Source: an uncultured virus (IMG/VR IMGVR_UViG_3300003860_000003)
Taxonomy: Duplodnaviria; Heunggongvirae; Uroviricota; Caudoviricetes
Virus record (IMG/VR): IMGVR_UViG_3300003860_000003
Span: 62,001-126,000 of that record
Strand: one strand, 5' to 3'
DNA length: 64,000 nucleotides
Part shown: piece after piece, positions 27,290 through 39,900 of the stretch
Numbering within the stretch: the stretch's first letter is position 1
How the letters are laid out: each line of letters starts with the position of its first letter
Notes under the pieces: generated by a model
The model's database searches: none
What the model was told of the DNA's origin: nothing
The model's input: the letters and a program-made list of their open reading frames with translations, nothing else
Position numbers and translations under genes: made by a program

Positions 27290-28507
27290 TTATTCTTTAA
27301 ATGGTAATTTGAACACAATACGCTCGTCTTTAAACTCATCGAACATTACATTTATTTTATCTCCTGAAACGAAGTTATTTGCCATGATTTTATTTTTCTT
27401 AAATTCCTTAATAGGAATCAATCCGTTAATATCTCCTATGTTAACTATGACTCCAAAATTCATAACTGCTGCAACTGAAGATTCTACAATCTTATCTTTT
27501 GAACTAACTATGAAATTTTGAATTTTATTTAACTTATCTTCTGGACTTTCTTTCGTAAGAATTATGCGAAGATCCTTTGTAATTTCAGATATAAAAAATT
27601 CAATAGGATCACCCGGCTTAATATTACGAGCATTAAATTGAACTTTTGTTTCTGCATCCATTTTTGAGGTGTGTAATAAACCTGTAAATATTTCCCATTC
27701 AATAAATATACCATATTTAGAACATCCAGTTACATTGCCGATATATTTTTTACTTGTATTTAATTCTTGAATTTTAATTGGAAGTATATGAGCCAAATAT
27801 TTTTTATGAGATACTATAAATGAATTCATTTCTTTTAAGAAATCCTCTATCATAACTACAACTTCTTTTCCTATGTAAGATTGAAAGTCTATTATTTTAT
27901 TAGGAGCAGCAAGTGAACCTGGCATAAATGCATCAATTCCTTGAACCTCAACAAAAAATCCTCCTTTATTTGCTTCAACTATTTTTGCAGTATATGCTTG
28001 TGTTGGATTATTAATTTCTTGCATGAATTCATCTCTTACAGATTTAAGATGTCCTTGCCATAATGAAACTTTAACTGAAGGACTAGCTTCAAGTATATAA
28101 GCGTTTAAACCTTTATTAAGAAAATTACGTATAGCACCATATTCTCTTAATGAGTCAGTAAATTGTTTAGCACTTGTGTATCCAAAAACTTGTATGAATT
28201 TTTTCTCTCTTAGTAAATCGATTGTAATTGTTAATCCTCCCGCAAGTTCAATATCTATAAATGAATCTTTAATATTGAAAATATCTATTACCCGTACAAC
28301 GTCGCCAGGTTTTAGATCTTTTTTGATGATTTCAGAATTTTGTTCAGTATAGATATCGAAGAGTTGTTGAGCGTAAGGCTCTCGAGAGAAACATTTATTT
28401 TTTTCGTTATTACCGTTGATTGATCGATTTGGAACTAATTTAGTACTTCCATTATACCCGTCTTCAAATATATCCCAATTGAAGTCGCCTATTGATTTTT
28501 CACTCAT
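27290..28507 (-). CDS. Ribosomal protein S1-like multi-S1-domain protein
   Basis: S1 repeats KIVEANKGGFFVEVQGIDAFMPGS, GNVTGCSKYGIFIEW..FTGLLHTS and VAAVMNFGVIVNIG.INGLIP; N-terminal DFNWD. Confidence 0.8.
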   Translation of the reverse strand: MSEKSIGDFNWDIFEDGYNGSTKLVPNRSINGNNEKNKCFSREPYAQQLFDIYTEQNSEIIKKDLKPGDVVRVIDIFNIKDSFIDIELAGGLTITIDLLREKKFIQVFGYTSAKQFTDSLREYGAIRNFLNKGLNAYILEASPSVKVSLWQGHLKSVRDEFMQEINNPTQAYTAKIVEANKGGFFVEVQGIDAFMPGSLAAPNKIIDFQSYIGKEVVVMIEDFLKEMNSFIVSHKKYLAHILPIKIQELNTSKKYIGNVTGCSKYGIFIEWEIFTGLLHTSKMDAETKVQFNARNIKPGDPIEFFISEITKDLRIILTKESPEDKLNKIQNFIVSSKDKIVESSVAAVMNFGVIVNIGDINGLIPIKEFKKNKIMANNFVSGDKINVMFDEFKDERIVFKLPFKE

Positions 28508-28609
28508 ATTTATTTTAGTTTAAAAGGTTAAATTATATTCTATATATTTGGTGAAAAAAACATATATTTACAATTTTTTCACGACAAGTATATTGTTTCA
28601 AATTTTAGA

Positions 28610-28620
28610 GATATATAAAA
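28610..28620 (+). promoter_or_regulatory. Candidate promoter box GATATATAAAA
   Basis: Upstream of the collagen-like gene. Confidence 0.55.
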
Positions 28621-28648
28621 TAAATAAATAAAAAATACTTTATCTATC

Positions 28649-31600
28649 ATGGATTTAAAAAATGTATATCTGTCTACGTTCATACCTGAGTTTCCTGCTA
28701 TCTATAATTATAATAATCAGGCATTTAAACGTTATTTGGATCTTATTTACAATGAATCTTCTGGAGTAGTTGTTGTTCCTATTAATACAACGGGACGAGT
28801 AAAAGGAGCTACTGGAGAATTTGTAACAGCAATCGTTGATAATTTAGTTGTAAAAAATCAATATACTAATTTATATGATAATAGTAATATTGCTGATTAT
28901 AATTATTATAGAATGTATATCGATGATATAACAATTGGCAGAGATGCATGTACAGCAGGAGATAATTGGCCATATGAAAATCCATCATATAAACAGATAG
29001 ATGTTAATAAAGCATATTACAGAATTACTAATGCTTCTCCTATTCAATTAAAAAATGATAATTTATCTCAGGTTGTAGGTATTTATTTTGATAGTTCTTT
29101 AGTTGGTACTAATCCTTTTACAATTTTATTAGATATTTCTACTGGATCAACGTTTGTAGTTGATACAAGTGAAGCAGGATTTGCATATGTTGAATTTATA
29201 GCAATTGAATATGATCCTTCATGGGGTTCTTCATGGATAACATATAAATATGGATTAAATGAAAGCGGCGGTGGAGGTGGCAGTGGAATATCAGGTGCAC
29301 AAGGTCCAAGTGGTCCTCAAGGAACTCAAGGAGTTCAAGGACGTCAAGGAATTCAGGGTGCTCAAGGAACACAAGGTGCTCAAGGTCGTCAAGGTACTCA
29401 AGGATCAATTGGTGCACAAGGAATTCAAGGTGTACAAGGTGTACAGGGACGTCAAGGAATACAAGGAACACAAGGTGTTCAAGGAATTCAAGGAACAATA
29501 GGATCAATTGGTTCTTCTGGAGTTCAAGGAGTTCAAGGAACTCAAGGAGTTCAAGGAATTCAGGGTCGTCAAGGTGTTCAAGGTGTTCAAGGAAATCAGG
29601 GAATTCAAGGAATTCAAGGTTCTCAAGGAATTCAAGGATCTCAAGGTCCTCAAGGAATAACAGGTTCTCAAGGAAGTCAGGGAATTCAAGGTGATCAAGG
29701 ACTTCAAGGAATTCAAGGAACTCAGGGTCGTCAAGGAATAACAGGTTCTCAAGGAACTCAGGGAATTCAAGGTTCTCAAGGAATTCAAGGTTCTCAAGGT
29801 CCTCAAGGAATAACAGGTTCTCAAGGAACTCAAGGCATAACGGGTTCTCAAGGAAGTCAAGGAATACAAGGTGATCAAGGAAGTCAAGGAATTCAAGGTG
29901 ATCAAGGAAGTCAAGGAATTCAAGGTGATCAAGGAAGTCAGGGAATTCAAGGAACTCAAGGTCGTCAAGGTATAACAGGTTCTCAAGGAACACAAGGCAT
30001 AACAGGTTCTCAAGGAATTCAAGGAACACAGGGTGCTCAAGGAATAACAGGTTCTCAAGGAACACAAGGTATAACAGGTTCTCAAGGAACACAAGGAATA
30101 GATGGTTCTCAAGGAACTCAAGGAATTCAAGGTGATCAAGGAAGTCAAGGAATTCAAGGCGATCAAGGAAGTCAAGGAATTCAAGGAACACAGGGTGCTC
30201 AAGGAATAATTGGTTCTCAAGGAACTCAAGGTATAACTGGTTCTCAAGGTGCTCAAGGAATTCAAGGAACTCAAGGTGCTCAAGGAATAACTGGTTCTCA
30301 AGGAACTCAAGGAATAGATGGTACTCAAGGAACACAAGGATTAACAGGTTCTCAAGGAAGTCAGGGAATTCAAGGTGATCAAGGAATAACTGGTTCTCAA
30401 GGAGGCCAAGGAATTCAAGGAACTCAAGGCCGTCAAGGAATAACAGGTTCTCAAGGAAGTCAGGGAATTCAAGGTGGTCAAGGAATTCAAGGAATAATAG
30501 GTTCTCAAGGAATAATAGGTGCTCAAGGAATACAAGGAATAACCGGAACTGGTGCTCAAGGAATTCAAGGAATTCAGGGAATAAGTGGAGTTCAGGGTAT
30601 AGATGGAGTTCAAGGAATACAGGGAATTCAAAGTATACAAGGTCCTCAGGGTCCTCAGGGAGGATTACAAGGTGTTCAAGGTGCTCAAGGAACGCAGGGC
30701 CCTTCAGATGGAGCGCAAGGTATTCAAGGTCCTCAAGGAGTAGGAGTTCAGGGAATACAAGGGGTTAGTGTACAAGGTATTCAAGGTATTCAGGGAACTG
30801 ATGGTACTCAAGGAATTCAAGGTTCGCAAGGAATAACGGGTTTACAAGGAACACAAGGAATTCAAGGTACGCTGGGAACTCAAGGAATTCAAGGAACTCA
30901 AGGTTCACAAGGAATAATTGGTACTCAAGGAATTCAGGGTATAGATGGAGCTCAGGGATCACAAGGTACACAAGGAATACAAGGACGTCAAGGAATTCAA
31001 GGTTCTCAAGGAACTCAAGGAATTCAAGGTACTCAAGGAATTCAAGGTGCTCAAGGAGCACAAGGAACACAAGGTACTCAAGGAATACAAGGTATAACGG
31101 GTTTTCAAGGAACACAAGGTGCTCAAGGAATTCAAGGTTCACAAGGAATAACAGGTACTCAAGGAATACAAGGAATAGATGGAGCTCAAGGATTACAAGG
31201 TGCTCAAGGAATACAAGGACGTCAAGGAATTCAAGGTGCTCAAGGAACTCAAGGAACACAAGGAATTCAAGGTTCTCAAGGAACACAAGGAACACAAGGT
31301 ACTCAAGGAATAACGGGTACTCAAGGAATTCAAGGTATAGATGGAGCTCAAGGAACAATTGGAACTCAAGGAACTCAAGGAATAGATGGAGCTCAAGGAA
31401 TACAAGGAATAGATGGAGCTCAAGGATTACAAGGTGCTCAAGGAATACAAGGACGTCAAGGAATAACAGGTACTCAGGGTATTCAAGGTAGTCAAGGAAC
31501 ACAAGGAACTCAAGGTACTCAAGGAATTCAAGGTTCGCAAGGTATAACTGGTACTCAAGGAATACAAGGTATAGATGGTACTCAAGGAACACAGGGAACT

Positions 31601-33904
31601 CAAGGAACACAAGGTATTGATGGTATTCAAGGAATTCAAGGAACTGATGGTCTTCAAGGAATACAAGGAACACAGGGAACTCAAGGAACTCAAGGAACTC
31701 AAGGAGTACAAGGAATTCAAGGTATATACGGTATTCAAGGAACACAAGGAACTCAAGGAATTCAAGGAATAGATGGTATACAAGGAATACAAGGAATAGA
31801 TGGTGCTCAAGGAATAGAAGGAGCTCAAGGTATTCAAGGAATTAATGGTATTCAAGGTATTCAAGGTTTAGATGGTGTTCAAGGAATTCAAGGAATAGAG
31901 GGTGCTCAAGGAATAGAAGGAGCTCAAGGAACTCAAGGAATACAAGGAATAACAGGATTACAAGGTATTCAAGGTATAAGTGGAGTTCAAGGTATAGATG
32001 GTGTTCAAGGAATTCAAGGAATTCAAAGTGTACAGGGGCCACAAGGTCCTCAAGGAGGATTGCAAGGTGTTCAAGGTGCTCAAGGAACGCAAGGCCCTTC
32101 AGATGGAGCACAAGGTATTCAAGGTCCTCAAGGAGTAGGAGTTCAAGGTATACAAGGAATAGCAATACAAGGAACACAAGGTGTACAAGGAATTCAAGGA
32201 GAAGGAATGCAAGGAGTACAAGGTGCTGATGGTGCTCAAGGTCCTGAAGGATCTCAAGGAACTAGTGGTGCTCAAGGTGCTCAAGGAATTCAAGGAATTG
32301 GTGGTTCTCAAGGAATACAAGGTGCTCAAGGATCTCAAGGACGTCAAGGAATAACTGGTGTTCAAGGTATTCAAGGTATAGATGGTGCTCAAGGACTTCA
32401 AGGAACACAAGGAATTCAAGGAGTAACAGGTTCTCAAGGCACACAAGGAATTCAAGGTTCTCAAGGAATTCAAGGTTCTCAAGGAATTCAAGGAATTCAA
32501 GGAGAAGGAATTCAAGGTATTCAAGGAACTGAAGGTTCTCAAGGTATTCAAGGTATAGAAGGTTCTCAGGGTATTCAAGGATTAACTGGCACACAAGGAA
32601 TACAAGGAACTCAAGGTACTCAAGGAATTCAAGGACGTCAGGGAATAACAGGAACGCAAGGAACAACTGGAATTCAAGGAGTTCAAGGAGTTCAAGGTAG
32701 TCAAGGAATTCAAGGTAGTCAAGGAGCTCAAGGACGTCAAGGAATTCAAGGTACTCAAGGTACTCAAGGTATACAAGGATTAGAAGGAACACAAGGACTT
32801 CAAGGAGCTCAAGGAATTCAAGGTCGTCAAGGAACACAAGGAACACAAGGAATTCAAGGTTCTCAAGGACTTCAAGGTTCTCAAGGACTTCAAGGTTCTC
32901 AAGGAGCTCAAGGAATTCAAGGTCGTCAAGGAACACAAGGATTAGAAGGTACTCAAGGAATTCAAGGAGTTCAAGGAACTCAAGGAGTTCAAGGTACACA
33001 AGGAACACAGGGACGTCAAGGTATAACAGGTTCTCAAGGAATTGAAGGCAGTCAAGGAATTCAAGGTACATTAGGTGCTCAAGGATCTCAAGGACGTCAA
33101 GGAATACAAGGAACTCAAGGAATACAAGGTACTCAAGGCACACAAGGTACTCAGGGTACACAAGGAATACAAGGTACACAAGGAATACAAGGTATTGCTG
33201 GTATACAAGGTATAAATGGAGTACAAGGAATTCAAGGTTCTCAAGGAACTCAAGGAGTTCAAGGTTCTCAAGGAATTCAAGGAGTAACTGGTTCTCAAGG
33301 AATACTTGGAGCTCAAGGTGCTCAAGGAATTCAAAGTGCTCAAGGAATTCAAGGAATAGATGGTGCTCAAGGAATTCAAGGAATAATTGGAATTCAAGGT
33401 ATACAAGGAATACTTGGACCACAAGGTATTCAAGGTATTCAAAGTATTCAAGGCCCTCAAGGTCCTCAGGGAGGATTGCAAGGTGTTCAAGGAACTCAAG
33501 GAACACAAGGTCCTTCAGATGGAGCACAAGGTATTCAAGGAATACTTGGATCACAAGGAGTTCAAGGCGTTCAAGGTGCTCAAGGAATTCAAGGAACTGC
33601 TCAAGTATTAGAAGCTTCTGTTAATTTACAAACTGGCGCATCATATACTGTACTTCAAAGTGATAATAATAGAATAATAGAATTTAGTTCAAGTAGTGCC
33701 AAGAGTTGTATATTACCTTCTTCTGTAACAAATGCACAAATAACTATTGTAAATACAGGTACTGGCGTTTTAACTATAGTGCCTGGCAGCGGTGTAACTA
33801 TTCGTTCAAGAGATTCTTTTACTTCAATAGTAGATTTGTACGGTGCAGCAAGTGCATATACAATTTCTGGAACAAACTGGACATTATTTGGAGATTTAAC
33901 TTAA
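28649..33904 (+). CDS. Collagen-like fibre protein (G-x-Q repeats) with globular ends
   Basis: About 1430 aa of Gly-X-Y, mostly G-x-Q; C-terminal domain ends WTLFGDLT. Confidence 0.9.
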   Translation: MDLKNVYLSTFIPEFPAIYNYNNQAFKRYLDLIYNESSGVVVVPINTTGRVKGATGEFVTAIVDNLVVKNQYTNLYDNSNIADYNYYRMYIDDITIGRDACTAGDNWPYENPSYKQIDVNKAYYRITNASPIQLKNDNLSQVVGIYFDSSLVGTNPFTILLDISTGSTFVVDTSEAGFAYVEFIAIEYDPSWGSSWITYKYGLNESGGGGGSGISGAQGPSGPQGTQGVQGRQGIQGAQGTQGAQGRQGTQGSIGAQGIQGVQGVQGRQGIQGTQGVQGIQGTIGSIGSSGVQGVQGTQGVQGIQGRQGVQGVQGNQGIQGIQGSQGIQGSQGPQGITGSQGSQGIQGDQGLQGIQGTQGRQGITGSQGTQGIQGSQGIQGSQGPQGITGSQGTQGITGSQGSQGIQGDQGSQGIQGDQGSQGIQGDQGSQGIQGTQGRQGITGSQGTQGITGSQGIQGTQGAQGITGSQGTQGITGSQGTQGIDGSQGTQGIQGDQGSQGIQGDQGSQGIQGTQGAQGIIGSQGTQGITGSQGAQGIQGTQGAQGITGSQGTQGIDGTQGTQGLTGSQGSQGIQGDQGITGSQGGQGIQGTQGRQGITGSQGSQGIQGGQGIQGIIGSQGIIGAQGIQGITGTGAQGIQGIQGISGVQGIDGVQGIQGIQSIQGPQGPQGGLQGVQGAQGTQGPSDGAQGIQGPQGVGVQGIQGVSVQGIQGIQGTDGTQGIQGSQGITGLQGTQGIQGTLGTQGIQGTQGSQGIIGTQGIQGIDGAQGSQGTQGIQGRQGIQGSQGTQGIQGTQGIQGAQGAQGTQGTQGIQGITGFQGTQGAQGIQGSQGITGTQGIQGIDGAQGLQGAQGIQGRQGIQGAQGTQGTQGIQGSQGTQGTQGTQGITGTQGIQGIDGAQGTIGTQGTQGIDGAQGIQGIDGAQGLQGAQGIQGRQGITGTQGIQGSQGTQGTQGTQGIQGSQGITGTQGIQGIDGTQGTQGTQGTQGIDGIQGIQGTDGLQGIQGTQGTQGTQGTQGVQGIQGIYGIQGTQGTQGIQGIDGIQGIQGIDGAQGIEGAQGIQGINGIQGIQGLDGVQGIQGIEGAQGIEGAQGTQGIQGITGLQGIQGISGVQGIDGVQGIQGIQSVQGPQGPQGGLQGVQGAQGTQGPSDGAQGIQGPQGVGVQGIQGIAIQGTQGVQGIQGEGMQGVQGADGAQGPEGSQGTSGAQGAQGIQGIGGSQGIQGAQGSQGRQGITGVQGIQGIDGAQGLQGTQGIQGVTGSQGTQGIQGSQGIQGSQGIQGIQGEGIQGIQGTEGSQGIQGIEGSQGIQGLTGTQGIQGTQGTQGIQGRQGITGTQGTTGIQGVQGVQGSQGIQGSQGAQGRQGIQGTQGTQGIQGLEGTQGLQGAQGIQGRQGTQGTQGIQGSQGLQGSQGLQGSQGAQGIQGRQGTQGLEGTQGIQGVQGTQGVQGTQGTQGRQGITGSQGIEGSQGIQGTLGAQGSQGRQGIQGTQGIQGTQGTQGTQGTQGIQGTQGIQGIAGIQGINGVQGIQGSQGTQGVQGSQGIQGVTGSQGILGAQGAQGIQSAQGIQGIDGAQGIQGIIGIQGIQGILGPQGIQGIQSIQGPQGPQGGLQGVQGTQGTQGPSDGAQGIQGILGSQGVQGVQGAQGIQGTAQVLEASVNLQTGASYTVLQSDNNRIIEFSSSSAKSCILPSSVTNAQITIVNTGTGVLTIVPGSGVTIRSRDSFTSIVDLYGAASAYTISGTNWTLFGDLT
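29285..33597 (+). repeat. 9-bp-period coding repeat (e.g. GGAATTCAA)
   Basis: Directly visible caagg periodicity. Confidence 0.95.
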
Positions 33905-33907
33905 GAT

Positions 33908-36900
33908 ATGAATAACCCTATACTCACTCATGGAATAGTATCTCAATATAGGCATCCCGGAATGCCTATATTTAGATTTATAACTAATGCGTCCACTTTA
34001 ATATTTGATCCAGCAATCAATGTTACATCGGGTATTCTTAGTTGGAATTTGGGTGATATATCAAGTAATGTAAATGCAAATAGTATTTCACATACATATA
34101 CATTAGTAGGAAACAAAACAGTTGAAGTGTATAAAGGTACTGCTTCAGGAAGCACAGGTATTACTCAAATAGATATGGGTAATGATAATATAGTAGGAGT
34201 ATTAGATATATCTTCTCTTATTTCTTTAACACAATTAACTGTTAATGAGAATTATGGAATTAATAGAATAATTAATCCCGTCTCATCGCAAATATTTAAT
34301 TTATATAATGCAAATTATTGTAATTTAACAGGTACATTAGATATTAGTGGATTAACAAATTTAGGTGGCAATTTTACAGCAATAGGAAATGTTAATCTTA
34401 CACATATACTTAATCCAATTTCATCTCAAGTATTTACACAATATAATGTGCAAACGTGTGATTTAACTGATACTTTAGATGTATCAGGACTTACAGGATT
34501 AAGTGGATGGTTTGAAGTTTCTAAAAATCCAAATCTTACACATATACTTAATCCAGTTTCAACACATCCTTTTAACGCGTATCTTGCATTTGAGTGTAAT
34601 TTAACAGATACATTAGATTTAAGAGGACTTACTGAATTAGGAGGAGTTTTTGATGTTAAGAATAACGTAAATCTTACATCAATACGTAATCCAGTTTCTT
34701 CTCAAGCGTTTAGTCATTATGAAGTTGATAACTGTAATTTAACAGGAATATTAGATGTTTCAGGACTTACAGGATTAGGCGGTAATTTTTCTGCTGATTA
34801 TAATTTAAATCTTACTAAAATACTTAACCCAGATTCTTCGCGTTCATTTAATACATATAGTGCGGGTAATTGTAATCTTACAGGAATATTAGATGTTTCA
34901 GGACTTGACGGATTAGGTGGAATGTTTTGGGTTAATTATAATCCACATTTAAATACTATATTAAATCCGGTTTCATCTCAAGTATTTACTGGTTATTATG
35001 TAAATGATTGCGATTTAACTGGAACTTTAGATTTACAAGGACTTACAAATCTAGGAGGTATTTTTTATGCAGGAAATAATACAAATTTAACAACAATACT
35101 TAATCCTTCTTCAACTCAAATTATTGATTATTATGCTGCTAATGATTGTAATTTAACAGGCACATTAGATGTATCGGGGCTTATAAATTTAACATCAGGA
35201 TTTGAAGTCTATAATAATCCTAATCTTTCATCAATACTTTTACCCACTACATTATCAGGAGAATTCAACATATTTAATGCTAATAATTGTTCATTAAATT
35301 TACTAACAGTAGATGGGATATTTTCTAAATTTGATACTTGGTATTCTTCTAATTCCCCGAATCAAAGTTTGACTGTTGATGTTGCTGGTGGTACTAATAC
35401 TCCGCCAACCGATTGTTCATTAAATACGAATATAGTTCATCTTGAATCTATATTTGATTCAGCTGGACAAATATTTACGTATTATATAAATTGCGATATC
35501 GTTAGATCACAGGTACTTAGATTTACAACTAATGCCTCAACATTATCGTTTGATCCAGCATTTACAGTTTCTTCAGGAGTTTTAAATTGGGATTTAGGAG
35601 ATGGGTCATCTTATGTAAATTCAAATAGTTTTACTCATACATATACAAGTGTAGGAAACAAGACTGTTAGTGTATACACTGGAACAACATCAGGAAGTAC
35701 TGGAATAACTAGCATTAATATGAATGGAGATAATTTAGTAGGACTTTTAGATATTTCAAGTCTTATAAATTTACAATCACTTAGTGTTTATAGTAATTCT
35801 ACACTTACACAAATATTTAATCCAGTTTCATCTCAGGTATTTAATACTTATCATGTAGAATTATCTAATATTACTGGAACTTTAGATGTTTCAGGACTTA
35901 CTGGATTGGGTGGAGGATTTGATCTTAGTTATAATCCACTTCTTACACATATACTTAATCCAGTTTCATCTCAGGCATTTTCTTCATATCAAGTATATAA
36001 TTGTAATTTAACTGATACGTTAGATTTAAGAGGATTAACTGGATTGGGTGGAGTATTTTCACTTAGTTATAATCCTCTTCTTACACATGTACTTAATCCT
36101 GTTTCATCTGAGATATTCCATTCATATTATATAGATGAATGTAATCTTACAGAAACTTTAGATGTTTCAGGACTTACAGGATTAGGTGGAAGTTTTAGTG
36201 TTGATGTTAATCCAAATCTTACATCAATACTTAATCCAGTTTCAACACAAATATTTGAAAATTATAGTGCATATAGTTGTGATTTAACAGGAACTTTAAA
36301 TGTTTCAGGATTAACAGGATTAGGTGGAAGTTTTTATGTTTATAGTAATTCAAATCTTACACAGATACTTAATCCAGATTCATCTCAAGTATTTACATAT
36401 TATTGGGCATATGAATGTAATTTAAGTAATACATTAGATTTAACAGGGCTTACAGGATTAGGCGGATATTTCTATGCTTATAACAATCCAAATCTTACAA
36501 CTATATTATTACCTACAATAAATCAACAAATTATTGATTTTGATGCGGATAATTGTGATTTAGATTTATTTACAGTTGATGATATATTTGCAAAATTAGA
36601 TACATATTATAGTAGTAATTCACCTAATCAAAATTTAACAGTCAACGTAGCAAACGGAACTAACTCACCGCCTACAGATTGTTCTATGAATGCTAATATA
36701 GCTCATCTTGAATCTATATTTGCAGAATCAGAATTTACATTTATATATTTTATAAATTGTGATATTGTTGGATCAAAAGTACTTCAATTTACAACTAATG
36801 CTTCAATATTGGCATTTGACCCATCAATTGCAGTTTCTTCTGGAATTTTAAATTGGGATTTAGGAGATGGTTCAATATTAAATGCAAATAATTTTGTACA

Positions 36901-39900
36901 TACATATACAAGTGTTGGAAATAAAACTGTAAATGTATATAGTGGAACAACATCAGGAAGTACAGGAATAACTACTATACAGATGTATAATGATAATCTA
37001 GTTGGAATTTTAGATATATCAAGTCTTAGCAATTTAGGTGGAGCTTTTTCTGTTTATGGTAATTCACTTCTTACACAAATAGTTAATCCTGTTTCATCAC
37101 AAGCATTTACTACTTATCATGCATATGATTGTAGTTTAACTGGAACTTTAGATGTTTCAGGACTTACAGGATTAGGAGGACAATTTTTGGTATATAATAA
37201 TAGTAAACTTACTAAAATACTTAATCCGGTTTCTTCTCAAATATTTACAAATTATTATGCATATAATTGCAGTCTTAATGGAGTATTAGATATTTCAGGA
37301 CTTACAAACTTTGGTGGACAACTTATAGTTTATAGTAATCCAAATCTTACTAATGTACTTAATCCTACTACATCACGAACATTTTCGGTTTATCAAGTAA
37401 ATGATTGTAATTTAACAGGAACATTAGATTTAAAAGGACTTACAGGATTAGGAGGAGTTTTTACTGTTGATAATAATCCAAATCTTACATCGATACTTAA
37501 TCCTGTTTCATCTCAAAATTTTATAGCATATAGTGTACAAAATTGTAGTCTTAATGGAACTTTAGATGTTTCGGGACTTACGGGATTAGGTGGATCATTT
37601 GCAACTTCTGCTCAGTCAAATCTTACACAAATACTTAATCCAGTTTCATCACGACTATTTACACTATATACTGTACGTGATTGTAATTTAACTGGAACAT
37701 TAGATTTAAGAGGACTTACAGGTTTAGGTGGACAATTTTTAGCTCGATATAATCCAAATCTTACACAAATACTTAATCCTAATTCAACACAAGTATTTAC
37801 AAATTATTATGTAAATAATTGTAGCTTAAATGGAACTTTAGATGTTTCAGGATTAATTAATTTGGGCGGTGTATTTAGAGCTGGAAATAATACAAATTTA
37901 TCAAGAATACTTTTACCTACAATTAATAGACAATTTACATCATTTGATGTAAGTGTATGTGCATTAGATCAATTTACAGTAGATAATATATTTACAAAAT
38001 TTAATACTTATTATAGCAGTAATACTCCTACTGGTAATCTAACAATAAATACTATTGGCGGAACTAATGCAGCACCGACAAATTGTTGGGATAATACAGA
38101 CATAGTTAATTTACGATCTATATTTACTAGTGCCGGAAGAACTTTAAATATTTATATTAATGCTAGTTGTGGTAGTGTTCCTGTTGGAGCAAAAGTACTT
38201 CAGTTTACTACTAATGCTTCAACATTGGCATTTGATCCAACATTTACTACTTCATCCGGGACACTCAACTGGAACTTAGGAGATGGCTCAACATTAAATT
38301 CAAATAATTTTACACACACATATACAAGCGTTGGAAATAAAACTGTAAATGTGTATAGTGGAACAACATCAGGAAGTACAGGAATTACTGAAATTGATAT
38401 AAATACTGATAATTTAGTAGGAACATTAGATATTTCGAGTCTTATAAATTTAAATTATTTTGATGTTGATAGTAATCCTAATCTTACATCAATACTTAAT
38501 CCGATTTCATCTCAAATATTTAATACTTATTATGCATATAATTGTGATTTAACAGATACTTTAGACTTAAGAGGACTTACGGGATTAGGTGGAGATTTTG
38601 AAGTCACTACTAACCCAAATCTTACTTCAATACTTAACCCAATTTCATCTCAAGTATTTGTAGCTTATTATGCAAATAATTGTAATTTAATTGGAACTTT
38701 AGATATATCGTCACTTACTGGATTGGGTGGAGAATTTATTGTTAATAATAATCCAAATCTTACACATATACTTAATCCAATTTCATCTCAAATATTTACA
38801 TTTTATTATGCATATGATTGCAGTCTTAATGGAACTTTAGATTTAAGAGGACTTACAGGATTAGGTGGAGATTTCAATGTTGATGGTAATCAAAATTTAA
38901 TTCAGATACTTAATCCAGATTCATCTCAAGTATTTACATATTATACTGCTGAAAGCTGTAATTTAACTGGAACATTAGATGTATCTGGACTTACTGGTTT
39001 AGGAGGGCGGATGTATATTAATAATAATCTTAATCTTACAACTATATTATTACCTACAATAAATCAAGAATTTATACATTTTCGTGCTAATAATTGTTCA
39101 TTAAATTTATTTACAGTTGATGATATATTTGCAAAATTAGATACATGGTATAGCAGTAATACACCTACACAAGATTTAACTATTAATACTGCTGGAGGTA
39201 CTAATGCAGCACCTACAGATTGCTCTATGAATGCTAATATAGTTCATCTTGAATCTATATTTACTGGAGCAGGACAAACATTTACTTATTACATAAATAG
39301 TGATTGCACGCCACCTGTTAAAATACTTGAATTTACTACTAATGCTTCAACGGATGCATTTGATCCAACATTCACAACTTCTTCGGGAATTCTTAATTGG
39401 GATTTAGGTGATGGATCAATATTAAATTCAAATAGTTTTGAACATACATATACAAGTGCAGGAAATAAAACTGTTAATGTATATGCAGGAACAACATCAG
39501 GAAATACAAGTATTATTCAAATTGATATGAATAATGATAATTTAACTGGAACTTTAGACATATCAAGTCTTAGTAATTTAGGTGGAATATTTAATATTTA
39601 TAGTAATCCGTATCTTACACAGATAATTAATCCAGTTTCATCTCAGATATTTACACAATATGCTGTATCTGGTTGTAATTTAACTGATATTTTAGATATT
39701 TCAGGACTTACTGGATTAGGTGGAAATTTTATAGTTGATGACAATGCAAATCTTACATCTATACTTAATCCAGTTTCGTCTGAAATATTTACAACTTATT
39801 CTGTAAGTAATTGTAATTTAATTGGAACTTTAGATTTAACAGGTCTCACTGGATTAGGTGGAGGATTTCAGTGTGATAATAACTATAATCTTACTGAAAT

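Noticed and set aside
29285..33597. CRISPR-like or non-coding tandem repeat
   Set aside because: The repeat is in-frame coding with no unique spacers.
29196..33611. Long antisense and alternative-frame ORFs (LE-rich, SL-rich) over the collagen gene
   Set aside because: They are shadows of the 9-bp periodic repeat, which lacks stops in other frames.
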